From: Octopus sinensis
Lineage: Eukaryota
DNA: 64,000 nt
Assembly: GCF_006345805.1 (NCBI RefSeq)
Contig: NC_043007.1
Span: 52,638,001 to 52,702,000, forward strand
Direction of reading: 5' to 3'
Part shown: piece after piece, positions 48,935-62,425 of the stretch
Layout of the letters: each line of letters begins with the position of its first letter
Position numbering within the stretch: the first letter of the stretch is position 1
Translations under genes and position numbers: made by a program
Notes under the pieces: generated by a model
The model's input: only the letters and a program-made list of their open reading frames with translations
Database searches by the model: none
What the model was told of the DNA's origin: nothing

Positions 48935-49125
48935 GGGGAGTTTACGAAAAAAACAAAAGACGAAGACAGGTGGTGTACAAGACAAACAGATGTATTAGTA
49001 TAACGCTCAGGAATAGAAAAAGTCTTTTACGTTTCGAGCCTACGCTCTTCTACAGAAAGGGACACAGAAAAAACAAGAAGTGAAAAAAATGTGTGTAGTG
49101 GCTAACGATCTATCATGGCGACTTA
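48935..49125 (-). mobile_element. PLE-type terminal repeat with an HHR-like motif (49024-49059)
   Basis: Reverse complement of 62240-62425. Minus strand reads CUUU-CUGUAGAA-GAGC-GUAG-GCUC-GAAAC-GUA-AAAG. Confidence 0.55.
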
Positions 49126-49399
49126 CTCCTATATATATACAAATAAATGTTACAATCCTTATTAAGGGATAGCAAAATCCTATGAAAGTACTGGTTAATT
49201 ACCTATAGAAAAAATGTTGAACATTACAGTTAATAGTCAACTGCAAGGTAACTATATAAACTGTGATCTATATATATGAATTTATTATAAGATAAAAATA
49301 GAGACAGATAATTAATAAACGATCATTTATTAATTGAAAAATTGACAAACATCCCTTACAGGGCCTGGGTTTCCGAGGATTTTCCTTGAGCTCAAGCAT

Positions 49400-49762
49400 G
49401 GCATTTTGTCATCTCTTTGTTGCAACAACGTGCAACCACAGAAATGCATTGGATGTACTGGGAATTCTTTCAAGCAATGCATTTCCAACTATAAATCCTC
49501 CTTCAGGCTCCCAGAAAAGAGATACATAACATCACTGGCCAGTCATGTCTGAAAACTAAGAGACAATGGAATCTTACACTTGATCTCATGGAAAATCCTC
49601 AAAATCCCAGGCCTCTACATTAATGGGATGAAGCGCTGCAAGTTATGCATAGCTGAATGTGCAAGAATCCTAGCCAGGGAGCATCCTTAACTCCAGAACA
49701 GAGATTTTCGGTCCATGTTTGCATTTTAGGAAATTCTTGATGGCGTTTTGGAATCCGTAAGA
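49400..49762 (+). pseudogene. PLE GIY-YIG C-terminal remnant
   Basis: My translation CIGCTGNSFKQ..YKSSF..TSLASHV.KL..SWKILK..RCKLC..LNSRTEIFGPCLH parallels 14720-15040. Confidence 0.7.
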
Positions 49763-51403
49763 TGGCAGCACAGCCAGAGTCGATAGCCAATGGCGAAGGG
49801 AGATAATCCCTTGCTGTTTACTCTCATAGGTTTTTGGCGACAGCAAGATGATGGCACAGCCAGAAGTTGATAGCTAATAGCCAATGGCAAAGGGAGATAA
49901 TACCCTTGTTTACATTCACAATGAGGACTTTCCTCTCCATATTTTGAAGAGATCTTAGGCCAGTAGGTTTTGGGGTCTGATGATACACCATAAAGTTAAA
50001 CCCTTTATGGTCAGGAAAGTCAGGTTAATCCCATAAACTAGCCTTCTCCAGTGAAATACATCTTAGAATGTGCTTCTCCTCCAGATTTATGTTTTCTACA
50101 AACAATAGGTAGGTATGTAGGTAGGTAGGTAATTAGGCAGATAGGTATTTGATTAATGAGAGAGACGGAAGATGGAAGATATGAGAATGCTTATTGATCA
50201 CTAGAATTGTTTCAACCCATTTAGCATACATGGGGGTGGGGTGCATGTGTATGTGTGCATGTACACCCATTAACCACTATCATCTATGCAAACTCACTTC
50301 AGTCAAGTTGTTCATGTCTGTTGCAGTTTTGTGCCCTTGCTTGAACACGGCAATCATACACGACCACAGTGCCTGACGTGCTATGTTTCTTTAGTCACCT
50401 CTAGAAACATGAACTAATTAAGTATGCACAAACCTACTACATTTAAATTGTTACAAAAACCGAACTATTTGTGTATCTATGATAGTTGTATATAATAACA
50501 GTAATAATTTTCTACTACATTTCTATTGTATATGGTTAAAATATATATTTTTCCCGCCACTTATTGACAATGAATATGAATATTATGACATCATTTAAAC
50601 TTTGTTCATGCTTTGCACATATAATTGCATTCCGTTATTAGTATGTAAATTTTGTACTATTTTGTTGTTCCAGTCATCATTTAGAGCTTTCTTACAAGGA
50701 AGAGACTCTCTGTAGCAAGACCTAGGATTTGAACCCCTTTCTCTATATTATAAGTCTAGGTCATGAGTGAACCATGTGTGTTTCACGTCTATTCTACTTA
50801 TCAATCAATCGATTTCCAGATCACACCTCAGAGCATCATCTCAAATGTCCTTGAGATATACACCCTTTTCTCTAGTCATAAGCAGTTTGATGCTAAAAAT
50901 CTTTACAGAGGTTCAAGACCACCACAGAGAACACACATCTCACCATAAGCCACCAAAAATTAAGAGCAGAACTTTAGCACATTTCAGCAAACTAACATCT
51001 TGTCTCTCTCTCTAAGATAACTAATAACTGAGTAAACACAGTTAAAAACACATTACTTCACTCTTTCCCAAAGCAAACCAGAAATACAAGTAGATTTGGC
51101 TAAACTCAGGTTTTGATTGAAGACCAACTTGCTCCAGTTTTCAGAACAAATTCTTAATGACTGTAGAATTTAGACACTATGAAAGTCAATCCCTATATTC
51201 CGAGTTTCTTTAATAGTATCTGAAAACCCATGTGTTTATGTGTACCACATTTCTTTAAATAGATAGATTATGAAATGTTTAAATAAATAGATTATAAAAT
51301 GTTTGTAAGTTGCGTTTCTATTTACAAAACACACAGCCCAGTTTAATTCATAGTAATCTTACATCAAATACCACAGCAACAATGAAAACCAACTCACCTA
51401 TGC

Positions 51404-51656
51404 CAGTGCTACTCAAAGTGGTGGTCTGTGGACCAGTGCCAGTACATGGTGAGTCTACAGAAAAGAAACATTATAAAATGCTTATGTAATATTGTATTAT
51501 TTGTTTACAAAATAAATATAAGATAAACTTTTAACTTGTTAACTTTTATTATATTCATTTCCAGTATAAATTAATATTACTAAGAAATATTACTGGTCCC
51601 TGGCACATTGGAAAAAAACTGCCAGTACACCACATCATATAGTTTGAGAAGCACTG
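51404..51656. mobile_element. hAT-type MITE
   Basis: TIRs cagtgctactcaaa / tttgagaagcactg, with an 8-bp TSD acctatgc (51396-51403) / acctatgt (51657-51664). Confidence 0.8.
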
Positions 51657-52377
51657 ACCTATGTGACCCATTGCAAATAAGCTATTTTACCACAAGTTCC
51701 CAGGACTTAAAAGTTATTTCTATGCTCATGCACAGAAAAAGTACTTTAATAAGTGGTCAAACTGTGAATAGGAGCAAACTACTTCTATATGCATATAGAT
51801 AGAAAAGCACGAATATCTTGACCATGTGGAAACCCACATGCTTTTCTCCAGACTATCCATTTCTTCCTTCTTTTCCTCGTCACTGGACTTTCTTCCATTA
51901 TCAGACCAAGAGCCATACTTCATACATCACGTTTTTACTTTTACTTGTCCATCTGAACTTTTACTGTGCCTCAAACTAATATATTCACTGTGTATGTCCA
52001 TTTGACTTTTGTTGTTTTTGTTCTCGAAGTTGCCGTTTGTTACTGATTTGTTTATTATCGCACGTTTACATAGCCCTTCCATGTCCTTTCGGCAATGATT
52101 TGGCGTACTTAATTTGTGGATCACCTGTACCTTAGGATTATATTTCACCTTTGAATTCCCTGGAGTACGTTGATTCTTTACCATATGTATGTTTATACAC
52201 ATGTATATATACACACACACACATGTATGGCCCTTTATTCATTCATTGTGTATTTTGAAATATTCAAACAGAATTATAAAACATTTTAGTCCAGCTCAAT
52301 GTATGATATATAGAAAGTTCCATAGTTTGAAGAGTGAGAAAAATAAGTTGAAAGTAACCTGATAATTTAAATCCCGC

Positions 52378-52520
52378 TTAAATACAGAGGTTCCCTATGC
52401 GTCTACATAATATGTTTTTAGTTAGTTTTAGGATTAGCTTTTAGGGCTAGGGTTAGAGTACATATATGCGTCAGGACATTTGTATTTAAGTAGTACCATT
52501 AAGGGACCTCTGTATTTAAG
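52378..52520. mobile_element. Small MITE-like palindrome
   Basis: cttaaatacagaggttccct ... agggacctctgtatttaag, with an internal tagggctagggttag. Confidence 0.55.
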
Positions 52521-53612
52521 TAGTACCGGAGGAAGGTGTGTAGTCTACTTACCAAAATAATGTAATAAGAACCAGTTACCAGCATTTTCTTCGTTTGAAT
52601 TCTCAGCTATATTTTCCAGAGAAAGTTTATTCATTTTACTCTTTGATTCTAGTTCGTTGTTGTCTTTCTCTGAACTTGTGTCAGAACGAAGTGATTCAGC
52701 ATGCCCCTACCAATGATGACTCGAGCTTGGTTTTAATTCTTTTTTTTTTCTCCATCAAATTATTATTATTGTTGTTCTGTATTATTTTTTTTTCTTTTCA
52801 CTTCTAATTGAAAGAATGTGACGAAATAAAATTTAATTCAGTAAGCTTGGGCTAGCTAATTTAGGAGGTGACGAGAAAGAAGATTATTTGGGGAGGGGGT
52901 GATGAACCGGAAGTTTCAAATTAGTGGTGTAAACAATAGCAACAACATCAACAACAACAATTATTATCAATATCATTATTAAGCTTAAATCTAAATGACC
53001 TATCATTCTACTTTATCTCTGAAATAATTTAGTCACCTTAATCTTGCTGCTTTCACGATAATCTACAATGTTATTTCTCACTAGCTTTTTTGGCAATCAT
53101 TTCATTGTTATTTCATCAGAATAGATTATATTGAATTATGATAAATAAATAGCGCGCGTGTGTGTGTGTGTATAATCTGTTTAGTGATTTAATCTAGATA
53201 CTGACATTGATCACATGTACCACAACCACACGTTTTGCAGATAATCCATTTTTCATATTCAGTTGAAAATTAGTCGTTGTTTAGCTGGGTGTCATTTGCA
53301 CAGCCGTAAAAAATAAGTTATCAGGAACATTATAGCAACAACCATCACCACCGAGAAAGCCTTACAAACAATTTTACATCATGTCTGGAATACTTACAGT
53401 TGTTATCGTCGACGAAAACATAGCAACTTTAATTTCTTCCAATGCATCGAATTTGCCATAATATGAACTTCTATCCTCATTGGACTGTTTTCCATCACTT
53501 TTGGATGCTTTTGTTAGTTACTTTTTGTCTTTGTTTCTAAATCAAGAAGATAATTCATGACATCTCAGAAAGGCTCCATATTAAAAAGCTGCCAAGATTT
53601 CAAAGAAACATC

Positions 53613-54851
53613 ATGCATCATTTTAGAGAGACCAATGGAACTATTTATGATGCATCAGTGGAGTTTATTCCATCTAATTGCACTAAGGATCCTATGTCAA
53701 TGCCACGCATTGGCATATATGTTGCTGTTTCATGGCACCTTATCTTAGGTCTATTTACCATGCTAACCAATGGTACCATCTTGGCTGTGGCAATATTTAT
53801 GAACAAAAGTAATCTTCAACCTAGTCATTTCTTCATTATTAATTTGGCACTGACAGATTTCTGTGGAGTCTTTTTCTTAACATTATTTCACATCTGGCGC
53901 CTCTTGACACCGCATACTGATATTGGATTATGTGGTATTCTCTTCTTGTCTACATCACTATTCACAGCAACATCAGTCTGGAGTATAGCCGTCATAAGCC
54001 TAGATCGATACCGTCTCATTGTCAAATACCACACTTATCGTGAAACGATGACTCCAATGCGTTGCAAAATGGCAATTGGTTTCGTGTGGGCTGTGTCTTC
54101 ACTAGTCGGCTTTGTATCATTTATCATCACTTTCAGTTCTTCACACATTACATGTATTGCTGGTCACCCGATGTTACAAGTGACAGACCGTCGTTATGTG
54201 TTCGTCCTATCTGCAGCACTCTACTTTAACATTGGCTTCCTCCTCCCAACTGTCATCATTGTGCAGCATTACTTTTCAATTATGAAATTCGCATGGAAAC
54301 GTGAGAAAAGATTTGTGTCAACGTTTAAGCGCTCGAGCCTATCATTGTTCCAAAAGGACCGCAATACACGCAGCCTAATGATGAGCCTTCGTTATCTGAA
54401 AACTGCGAGAATACTTTCGCTGTTAGTTCTTTGCTATGCCATATGCTTCTTTCCTTACTTTCTCCAACAATTCCTTTGGGGACTCCGCGTATGGAACCCT
54501 TGGTGTCCACCATTACTTTTAGAAGTTATTACTCGATCACTTCTAATCAGCAATGCTCTCTTTAACCCATTCTTCTATGGATTTCTGGACCGCTACTTTC
54601 AACAACAATGGCAGGAGTATATATGTAATCATTTACCAGTATATCTTCAAAGAATCATGCCTGGTTACTATTCCTGCTACTCTAGAGAAGTGGCCCAGGA
54701 CATGTCTGACTTGTACAAAGATCAAGAATCCACAAGTTGTGCGAACTATCAGTCTAGAATTTGTAAACATCCAGAAGAAGAGACAATTACCGAAAGTTCA
54801 AACTGTGGCAGGATAAACGAGGTTTATTTTATGCCTGATGATGTAATGTAG
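53613..54851 (+). CDS. Intronless class A (rhodopsin-like) GPCR, orphan, 412 aa
   Basis: Uninterrupted ORF with seven hydrophobic segments and N-terminal NGT/NCT sequons. Motifs: TM1 N (LTNG), NLALTD, C3.25, DRY, TM4 W, TM5 FLLP, CFFP and NPFFY. Confidence 0.93.
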   Translation: MHHFRETNGTIYDASVEFIPSNCTKDPMSMPRIGIYVAVSWHLILGLFTMLTNGTILAVAIFMNKSNLQPSHFFIINLALTDFCGVFFLTLFHIWRLLTPHTDIGLCGILFLSTSLFTATSVWSIAVISLDRYRLIVKYHTYRETMTPMRCKMAIGFVWAVSSLVGFVSFIITFSSSHITCIAGHPMLQVTDRRYVFVLSAALYFNIGFLLPTVIIVQHYFSIMKFAWKREKRFVSTFKRSSLSLFQKDRNTRSLMMSLRYLKTARILSLLVLCYAICFFPYFLQQFLWGLRVWNPWCPPLLLEVITRSLLISNALFNPFFYGFLDRYFQQQWQEYICNHLPVYLQRIMPGYYSCYSREVAQDMSDLYKDQESTSCANYQSRICKHPEEETITESSNCGRINEVYFMPDDVM

Positions 54852-55409
54852 TGGTACACACATGAGATGTGTGTGTGTGTTTTGCAGATGAAGTAAATAG
54901 ACCTTAACACTGTAAAACGCTTGAGGATGTGAGGGACATGTGAGTATAAAACGGGGTGAAGACAGACTGTGTGTGTATTTTCGAATATAATGTGGGAATG
55001 ATTTTTCTACATGATCTTTGAAAAGGATATTTGAGTGTAGGTATTGTTCTTGTTTATCATATTAAAATGAATATATTTTGTATATGTAATTGTGTTGTAA
55101 TGTCTTTTGTAAGTGAAAACTGCAATTATACTTAATAATGCATGCAGGTATATTGATATTTGTTTTCATGTAAAGTTATATATAAACATTATTTAACATT
55201 ATAGCAGAGTTCATGTTTATTTAACCTATACAAAGAAAAGGTTGAGAGTCTTTTTCTTGTAAGCGTGAAATGATGGGGGAGGTCTTTTATGAACAAAAAA
55301 AAAAGAAAAGAAATTTGAAAAATCCATGATTTTTCCGGGTTCCTCACAACAGATTTAATTTTTTTTCCTCACACAGTGCACTTGAAAACTATGAGGGAAA
55401 GCCTTTTGG

Positions 55410-55815
55410 GATCTTTTCGGTTTGAACGGCAGTTTTTCTAGCGGTGTCATATGTAATTGTCACCCATAATTATGGCCCTAGTATCGATCTATTGCATTTC
55501 ATTCTGTTTTAGGGTTAGGGGTAGGGGTCGGGGAAGGGTATCTTTTTTTCTTCACAAATGTAAATAAACCCAATCTGTTTCTTAAACGAGGGACATATTC
55601 ATACGGCACAGAATGTTTTGTTACCTCAATAGACGTCAGTGATTGGTTGAAATTGTAGAAACTGAAGGAAAAAAACCCCAAATATCTTACAAACTATAGA
55701 ATTTTCTCAAAAGAAAAAGATGTTTTATAAACACATTCTACCAGTATACGAAGTTTAAAAGTGTTTAGTTACGTGGAAATTATTTTAAAAAACTGCCGTT
55801 CAAACCGAAAAGATT
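55410..55815. mobile_element. MITE with ~27-bp TIRs
   Basis: atcttttcggtttgaacggcagttttt ... aaaaactgccgttcaaaccgaaaagat. Confidence 0.8.
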
Positions 55816-57239
55816 CGCCTTTTTTTTAAAAAGAGAAAATTGAAATCCATGACTTTGGAATGTTGCTCCACCCCTGCTTTCAATCACCATTAGAATTCTT
55901 ACCCCAATATTTTTTCCACACAAAATGAAACATCTATTTTTACTTTTTCAAACTTTTTGCATTCGACACATGTAAAAATTTTACCAAAATTTTAATGGGA
56001 GTGGGGTTTTCTCCGGGTTTAATTTTGAAATAACTTTCACCAATGGAATTTCCATATCTGAATTGTTCTTCATTTGTTTAAATAAATAAATCGGTACTGT
56101 TCGCAAAATTCACTTTTCCTGATAATGAAATAAGCCCATCAGATGGAATTCTACCTTCCATTATTTCGTTTCCTACTTGATAAAAAGTATTGTTGCTTGG
56201 TTTTTCAATTCAAGATATCTACATACGATGCTTGACTCTGTGTTGCTTTTTTTTCTTTTTTACGGACAGACACCAAACTGACACCTGCTTAAAATTACTG
56301 CTGCTAAATTTCTGCAATAGAAAGTGTCAAAGTTTTCGATAATTGAATTTACAAGCATCCTTCGTTATTGTGAAACCACTTAATTTCTCTTACTGAGCCA
56401 AATATATATTTTAATCAGGTTTTAATTCAACACCAATGAGTGTTTCAGTGGTGGGAAAATATTCATTTCATATCAGCATCCACAGCTTATCATTTGTATG
56501 CAGTACTCGAATATGAAAACTGTGTTGCAAAAAAAAAAAGGGTGGGTGGGGAAAGAATTGTAATGGTGATTGCTGACGTGAGGGTAGAGATGGAGGTACA
56601 ACGTTCCAAAATCATGGATTTTCATGAATTTCAATGTTTTATTAAAAAAAAAAACTCCTCCATTTTTGTAAGTGCAAAATAAATTGAAAATCTTGTTGTG
56701 AGGGACGCAAGGCTTCCCCACCACCATTTTAAAGCGTGTGGTGAAAAAATAATTTGAAAAATTCCTGTGAAATGGAAAAAATCCAATCTGTGGATGAGTT
56801 ATTCCGAAACTCTGCCTAAGTTTTATATATACACAACTTACTTAATGTATTTAATATTATATATATATATATATATTTACACACACACACATTTATATTG
56901 GTGTACTTCGCTACCAAGATTCGAAAATTCAAAGTTTATTGAAAATTTGGGATCTTTTCCGTTGAAAAGGAAAAGATTCCATAAATATAGTTTTCCAAGG
57001 TGAATAAGAGATATTTCACTTTTTCCAGAAAAAAATTTTTTTAAAGTTATAGAAGTTTAAAATTTGAAAATTTTCACCCAATCAGAACAGGACTTAGAAG
57101 CTATCATTTTATGCGTGACAGCATGCTTTGTTAATTGTAAATAAATGAAATACTGGTGAAATTCTGTTTTATGCACGCCATATAACCCTTCGTAACTTTT
57201 TTATTTTTTGGAATTTTTCTGAAAAAATCATAGAGCTTA

Positions 57240-59540
57240 CTGTGCAGCCTGCACCTCACCATACCTGTTCGGGCCTTGTAGTAGTTTCCTCTACTACCAC
57301 AAAGTCTCCTACCTCATCACATGGCAACATTTTGGAGAGAGTCGATGCATTAACATGTTGCATGAACATACTGTGGCAAGAACACACCAGCTCTCGTCCT
57401 CACAGCAGAAGCCATTCTAAGTCACGGTCGGCTACTTCTGAAATGGTTTTCAATTTCTGCTGGTACCATGCCACACTTAAGGACAAAGCCCGTCGATGCA
57501 TCCAGCCCTGTTCGTTCAAGCTGTCAGGAAACTAGTTGCAGAAGATTTGGGCACATCAAATTTTTCCTGAAATTTTTCATCCCATCGTGCATTCTTTGTT
57601 AAGGATCGTGTGTCTAACGAATTGTTCATGGTTGACACTGGATCCAGCTGTTCTATTTGTCCTTTGTGTCTTACTTCAGACAAGCCGAAGCAATCTACCA
57701 TTAACCTGCACGTGGTGAATCTATCTCCGATAAAAACTTACAGTCAGGTCTCATTAAACCTAGATCTCAAACTTTGAAGGGATTTTAGGTGGGTTCTTGT
57801 TATAACAGATTTACCATACACCATTCTGGGTGCAGACTTCTTAAACCACTTTCACTTGTTAGTAGATGTCAGGTGACAGAGACTTGTGGATGATTCTTCA
57901 TCTTTGTTTACGCCTGCTCAGGTTACTACTAATGATGTTTTCAGAGCCTGTCTAGAGCTGGTAGATCCAACTTTCAACTCAGTCACACACTCAACTCGCC
58001 ATTATATCACTACTTCTGGACCACCTGTTTTTTCACGTCTACAGTGACTCACCCCTGATCAGCTCAAAAAGGCTTGATGTGAGTTTGAGCATATGCTTCA
58101 ACTCAGCCTTATCCGCCCCTCCACCAGCCCTTGAGCATCTCCTCTATATTTGGCATGGAAAGGGGATTCAGATTTTCATCTGGTGGGGGGGTTGCAGACA
58201 TTTGAATGCGGTCACTGTTCCCGATTGCTATCTGATAAGGAATCTCCAGGATTTTTCTTCAAACTTGCATAGTTGTGCTATTTTTCCCATGGTTGACCTC
58301 TTCCAGGCTTATAATCAAATTCCAATGAACCTTGATGACATTTCCAAAACTACTGTTACCACCCCTTTTGGAGGTTTTGATTTCCTGTTTATGAGCTTTG
58401 GTTTGCAGAATGCAACAAGCACATTCCAGAGATTTATTGACAAAGTTGTCAGTGGATTTGACTTTGTGTTCACTTACGTCGATGATTTGCTCATAGCTAG
58501 CTACACACGTAAAAATCATCTCATACACTTATCTCAACTTTTTCAGCTTCTTTGCACCTACAATGTGCGAATCAACACCGATAAGTGTGTTTTCGGACAG
58601 ACCTCTCTGGAATTGCTAGGTCATTATATCGACTCTAATGGTATCCGACCTCTCCTCCAAAATCGATGCGATTCGACGCATCTTACCCCACCCCACTTCT
58701 TTACACCAGCTGCATCACTTGGGAATTGTCAACTTCTACAGGAGATTCATACCTAAATGTGCAGACAAGTTACTTCCCTTGACCCAACTATTGAAAGCAA
58801 ATACAAAAATAAATTCTCCTATCACTTTATCTGCCGAAGCATTATCTTCTTTTGAGTCAGTCAAGAAGGAAATAGCTTCTGTTCCTTTGCTTGCACATGC
58901 AGTTCCTGATGCTCGTCTCTCTTTAACAGTTGATGATTCGAATTCTGCGGTTGGTGCTGTTTTACAACATACCATCGATAATCAGACTAAACCTTTGGCA
59001 TTTTTTCTCGTCAATTAAAACCAGCTGAATATCATTACAGTACGTTTGATTATGAACTCTTAGTGATCTACCTGTTGGTTCATCACTTTCAACATCAACT
59101 CGAGGGCCAAGATTTTGTGATTTATACTGATCACAAGCCTCCTACGTTTGCTCTGTCATCTAAATCGGACAAAAACTCGCCTCATGCTTTTCATCACCTG
59201 GGCTACATTTCCCAGTTCATGAATGACATTCGGCACATACCTGGAACAGAGAACGTACCTGCTGATGCACTCTCTCGTCTCCCTGTGTGTTCACTTTCAT
59301 TTCCTGCTGCAATCAATTTAACTGCCATTGCACAGGATCAGCCAGCTCTGGACCCATTGGATCTAACTTCTACCAAGTTGTCGTGTTGCAAGTTTGCCTA
59401 TCTTCTACTTCTGTCTGCTGAAAGCACAATCCTTTGTGACACAGCTACTGGTTCTCCCAGACTCTTTGTACCTGAGAACCACCTGCATTCCGTTTTTGAT
59501 GGCTGCAGTCACTGTCACATCCTGGCATTGCTGCCTTGGT
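57240..59540 (+). mobile_element. Ty3/Gypsy LTR-retrotransposon internal remnant (gag end, protease, RT, RNase H); no LTRs seen
   Basis: CWYH...KARRCIQPCSF, VDTGSS (57631-57648), DLFQAYNQI, FGLQNA..TFQRF, YVDDLLIAS, LTVD.SNSAVGAVL, YTDHKP, NVPADALSR. Confidence 0.9.
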
Positions 59541-59764
59541 GAAGCTTATTTTTTGTAGTTTCAAGGATCTGGAACACAAAGAATTTCCCAAGCGGAGTAC
59601 AATAACAAGTCTGATCTTTGCATAGCCGAGGTCTTGGCTATTTTGCAATCCACAAATAATCGTATTGAATGCAATAGTATAATATTTATGCTGCAAATAT
59701 CGGTCACTAAATCTATTCTCAAAATATAAAATAACAACCCCACCCTGTTTTTCCCGCTTAGCTA

Positions 59765-61216
59765 CCTCGAAGACGAGTGACAATGATTTCATCTTCATGG
59801 CTGGGGATTTCAATGGACACGTTGGATGGCAGCTTGGTATCTTCCATGGTGGGGGCCATGGAATTGGTTCCCGAAACGAAAAGGGAACAAGGCTACTGGA
59901 GTTCTGTGACACAAATAACCTATTGATCTGCAACTTCAGGAAGCCAGCCATCCACCTGATAACTTATCAATCAGGTGATTGTGTTAGCCAGATCGATTAC
60001 ATTCTCACCAGACAGTGGGATGCATGGTTAATCTTAAATGCAAAAACCTTTCCTGGTGAAGAATGTACCCCCCAGCATAGACTAGTCATTAGTGACTTTA
60101 GACTCCAGACCAGAAGGATGCTGAGAAGCAAGCCAATATGGAAAAGTATTTGGAAGCTTAAAGACCCTTCATATGGTCAGAGATTTAGAGACATCCTAAC
60201 TGAGAAATTTGATGAGAGGGAGGAGGAGCTACCCACTTGTGACATAGAGGTCAACAGGGAATTCCTATGGGTCAGCCTGCTGAGGGCCACAGACCAAATC
60301 TGTGGCTGATGCAAAGTCCCTTCCAGACCTAAGTTAACGTTGTGGTGGAACAATACTGCAGACAGAGCCATTAGAACAATGAAACGGACCTGGAAGAGTG
60401 GGGTAGCAGGGAACTGTATCAGACAGCCAGAAGGGAAACTAGGTATATCTAGCCAATGGAGAAACAGAAAAGAAGTTTGCCTATGTTCAGCAACCTGAGA
60501 ACCAAAGAACTGAAGTATTTCAGATTGCAAGACAGTGTGTCAGAAAAAATTGCAATGTCATAGGAGAGAAATGTGTCTGCACTTACATTTAATAATTCTG
60601 CAAAGAAAGAGGCTTGAAGATGCCATTATGAAAGACTGCTGAATATGGAGAATGAATAGGAGGAGGAGGGCCTGCCAAATGTTGACCCAATTGAGGGATT
60701 TGCTACCTGAATCCACAGTACTCTGGTAGATAAAGCAATTAAGGATATGAAGACAGGAAAAGCCCCCGCCCATCAGGAATCACCGCTGAGATGCTTAAAA
60801 TATCTGGTGGTCTGGGTTGTGTGGTCTAGTCACCTGTATTGTAAGTCAGGTGGTTCACGAAGGAGTCATACCCAATGACTGGTGTGGCAGCACCATAGTC
60901 AACTGCTACAAACATAAAGGAGATGCCTTCAGCAGAAATAATTGCAGAGGTGTCAAATTGTTGGATCAGGTGATGAAAGTTACGAAGAGAGTCATAGCCC
61001 AGCTAATTAGGGAGAGAGTTTGTCTAAATGAGATGCAGTCCAGTTTTGTGCCAGGTAGAAGCACCACTGATGCTATATTTCTGGTAAGACAGCTGCAGGA
61101 GAAATACCTAGCCAAAGATAATCCTCTGTACTTGGCCTTTGTTGACTTGGAGAAAGCCTTTGACAGAGTCCTCCGATCCTTTATCTGGTGGTCAATGCAG
61201 AAACTAGGGATAGACT
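59765..61216 (+). mobile_element. RTE LINE internal fragment (APE to N-terminal RT)
   Basis: AGDFNGHVG, QIDYILTR, QHRLVISD, PGRSTTDAIFLVRQLQEKY, DLEKAFDRV. It breaks off at KLGID. Confidence 0.9.
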
Positions 61217-61326
61217 AGTGATTGCACACATATACACACACACATGTATGAATGAAGTATTATTTTCACAATGCCTATTGGAGTAATTTCCCTTTATTCA
61301 ATGGATTTTTTCATAGTGTTTTGTCT

Positions 61327-61389
61327 TAATAACTGATGAGATGCCGGAGCAGACTTCAGCCTCGGTATCCCGAACTCTGAATTTTATTA
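61327..61389 (+). ncRNA. Degenerate type-I HHR at a PLE-type terminus
   Basis: UAAUAA-CUGAUGA-GAUGCCGG...UCGGUAUC-C-GAAC-UCUGAAUU-UUAUUA, with one A missing from GAAAC. A related partial copy lies on the minus strand at ~30940-31030. Confidence 0.5.
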
Positions 61390-61419
61390 TAACAACCAAC
61401 TAATTGTCAATTGTCACAT

Positions 61420-62425
61420 GTCACCTCCGAGACATCTGCCTCGGCAATGACACCCCGGTCTCATGCCATTTCCGCTCTACCGGTCACTCTTTGCAACAAC
61501 TGTCCGTGTTCAGATTGTCATTGCACAGAGGCCATCCGGACTCCCGTTTGCACCGTGAACAGGGATTAATCTTCTCTTTTCGCTCCTTTATGCCATACGG
61601 GCTCAACTCTCTTTCCCTCTTCATCTAACCTCCTCCCCTTGCCTCTCTCCTCCCCCCTTCTACTTCCTCCCACCCACCTCTCCTCACTTGCTCCGACTCC
61701 TACTTCCCTACTCTCTTTCTCTCTTCTCTCTTACTCTCTTTCTTTCTTCTCTCTTTCTCTTTTCTTCCCCTTTCATCGTCAACCCTCCCCATAAGCCCAT
61801 CCCATCCCTTACACCCATTCCCACATACCCTACCTCTACCCCCACCCTCTGCCTACCCACAAACCCCGTCTCTACCCCCACCCCCTGCCTACCCACATAC
61901 CCCAACACCACCCTAACCCTCAGCCTAACCACACCCCACCCGTGCTTTCCTCACTCTCGCCTCCTCCACCTCCCTACAACATCACACCACACCACACTAC
62001 ACCATACCACACTACACATCACATCACAACACACCACCCATACACCAGCACTGACCAATTCCCATCCCCACATTTTCACACCTACACATACACACACGCA
62101 CATGTCAAGACCACCAGCCCTCTTTCACATGCACATACGTACTCTCTTACACTCATGCGCACCTTCGTTTTGGGGATCACCTTTACTTTGTTATCTCCCC
62201 TACTTCTTCGCTCTCCTGTGTGACCCTTCTATCTGGCATTCGCCATGATAGATCGGTAGCCACTACACACATTGTTTTCTCTCCTTGTTTCTTTCTGTGT
62301 TCCTTTCTGTGGAAGAGCGTAGGCTCGAAGCGTAAAAGACTTTTTCAATTCCTGAGCGTTATACTAATACATCTGTTTGTTTTCTACACCACCTTCGTCT
62401 TTTGTTTTTTCGTGAATTCTCCCCC
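61420..62425 (+). mobile_element. 5'-truncated PLE: GIY-YIG C-terminus, pyrimidine-rich UTR and a terminal repeat with an HHR-like motif (62303-62338)
   Basis: HLRDI..DTPVSCHF...GH...RLHREQGLIF...PYGLN is typical of a PLE endonuclease end. The terminal repeat matches 48935-49125. Confidence 0.7.

Noticed and set aside
52440-52460. TTAGGG-like tracts (also ~55510-55530) as telomeric sequence
   Set aside because: Only 2-3 degenerate units, located inside MITEs.
52905-52920. ACCGGAAGT ETS-like site as the GPCR promoter
   Set aside because: A single short motif with no transcript evidence; expected by chance.
53613-54851. Opsin or biogenic-amine receptor assignment
   Set aside because: Lacks the TM7 retinal Lys and Asp3.32, so no gene symbol is given.
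55318-56730. Short inverted matches (aaatccatga.tttggaa.gt) as a large TIR transposon
   Set aside because: I could not define termini, a TSD or coding sequence.
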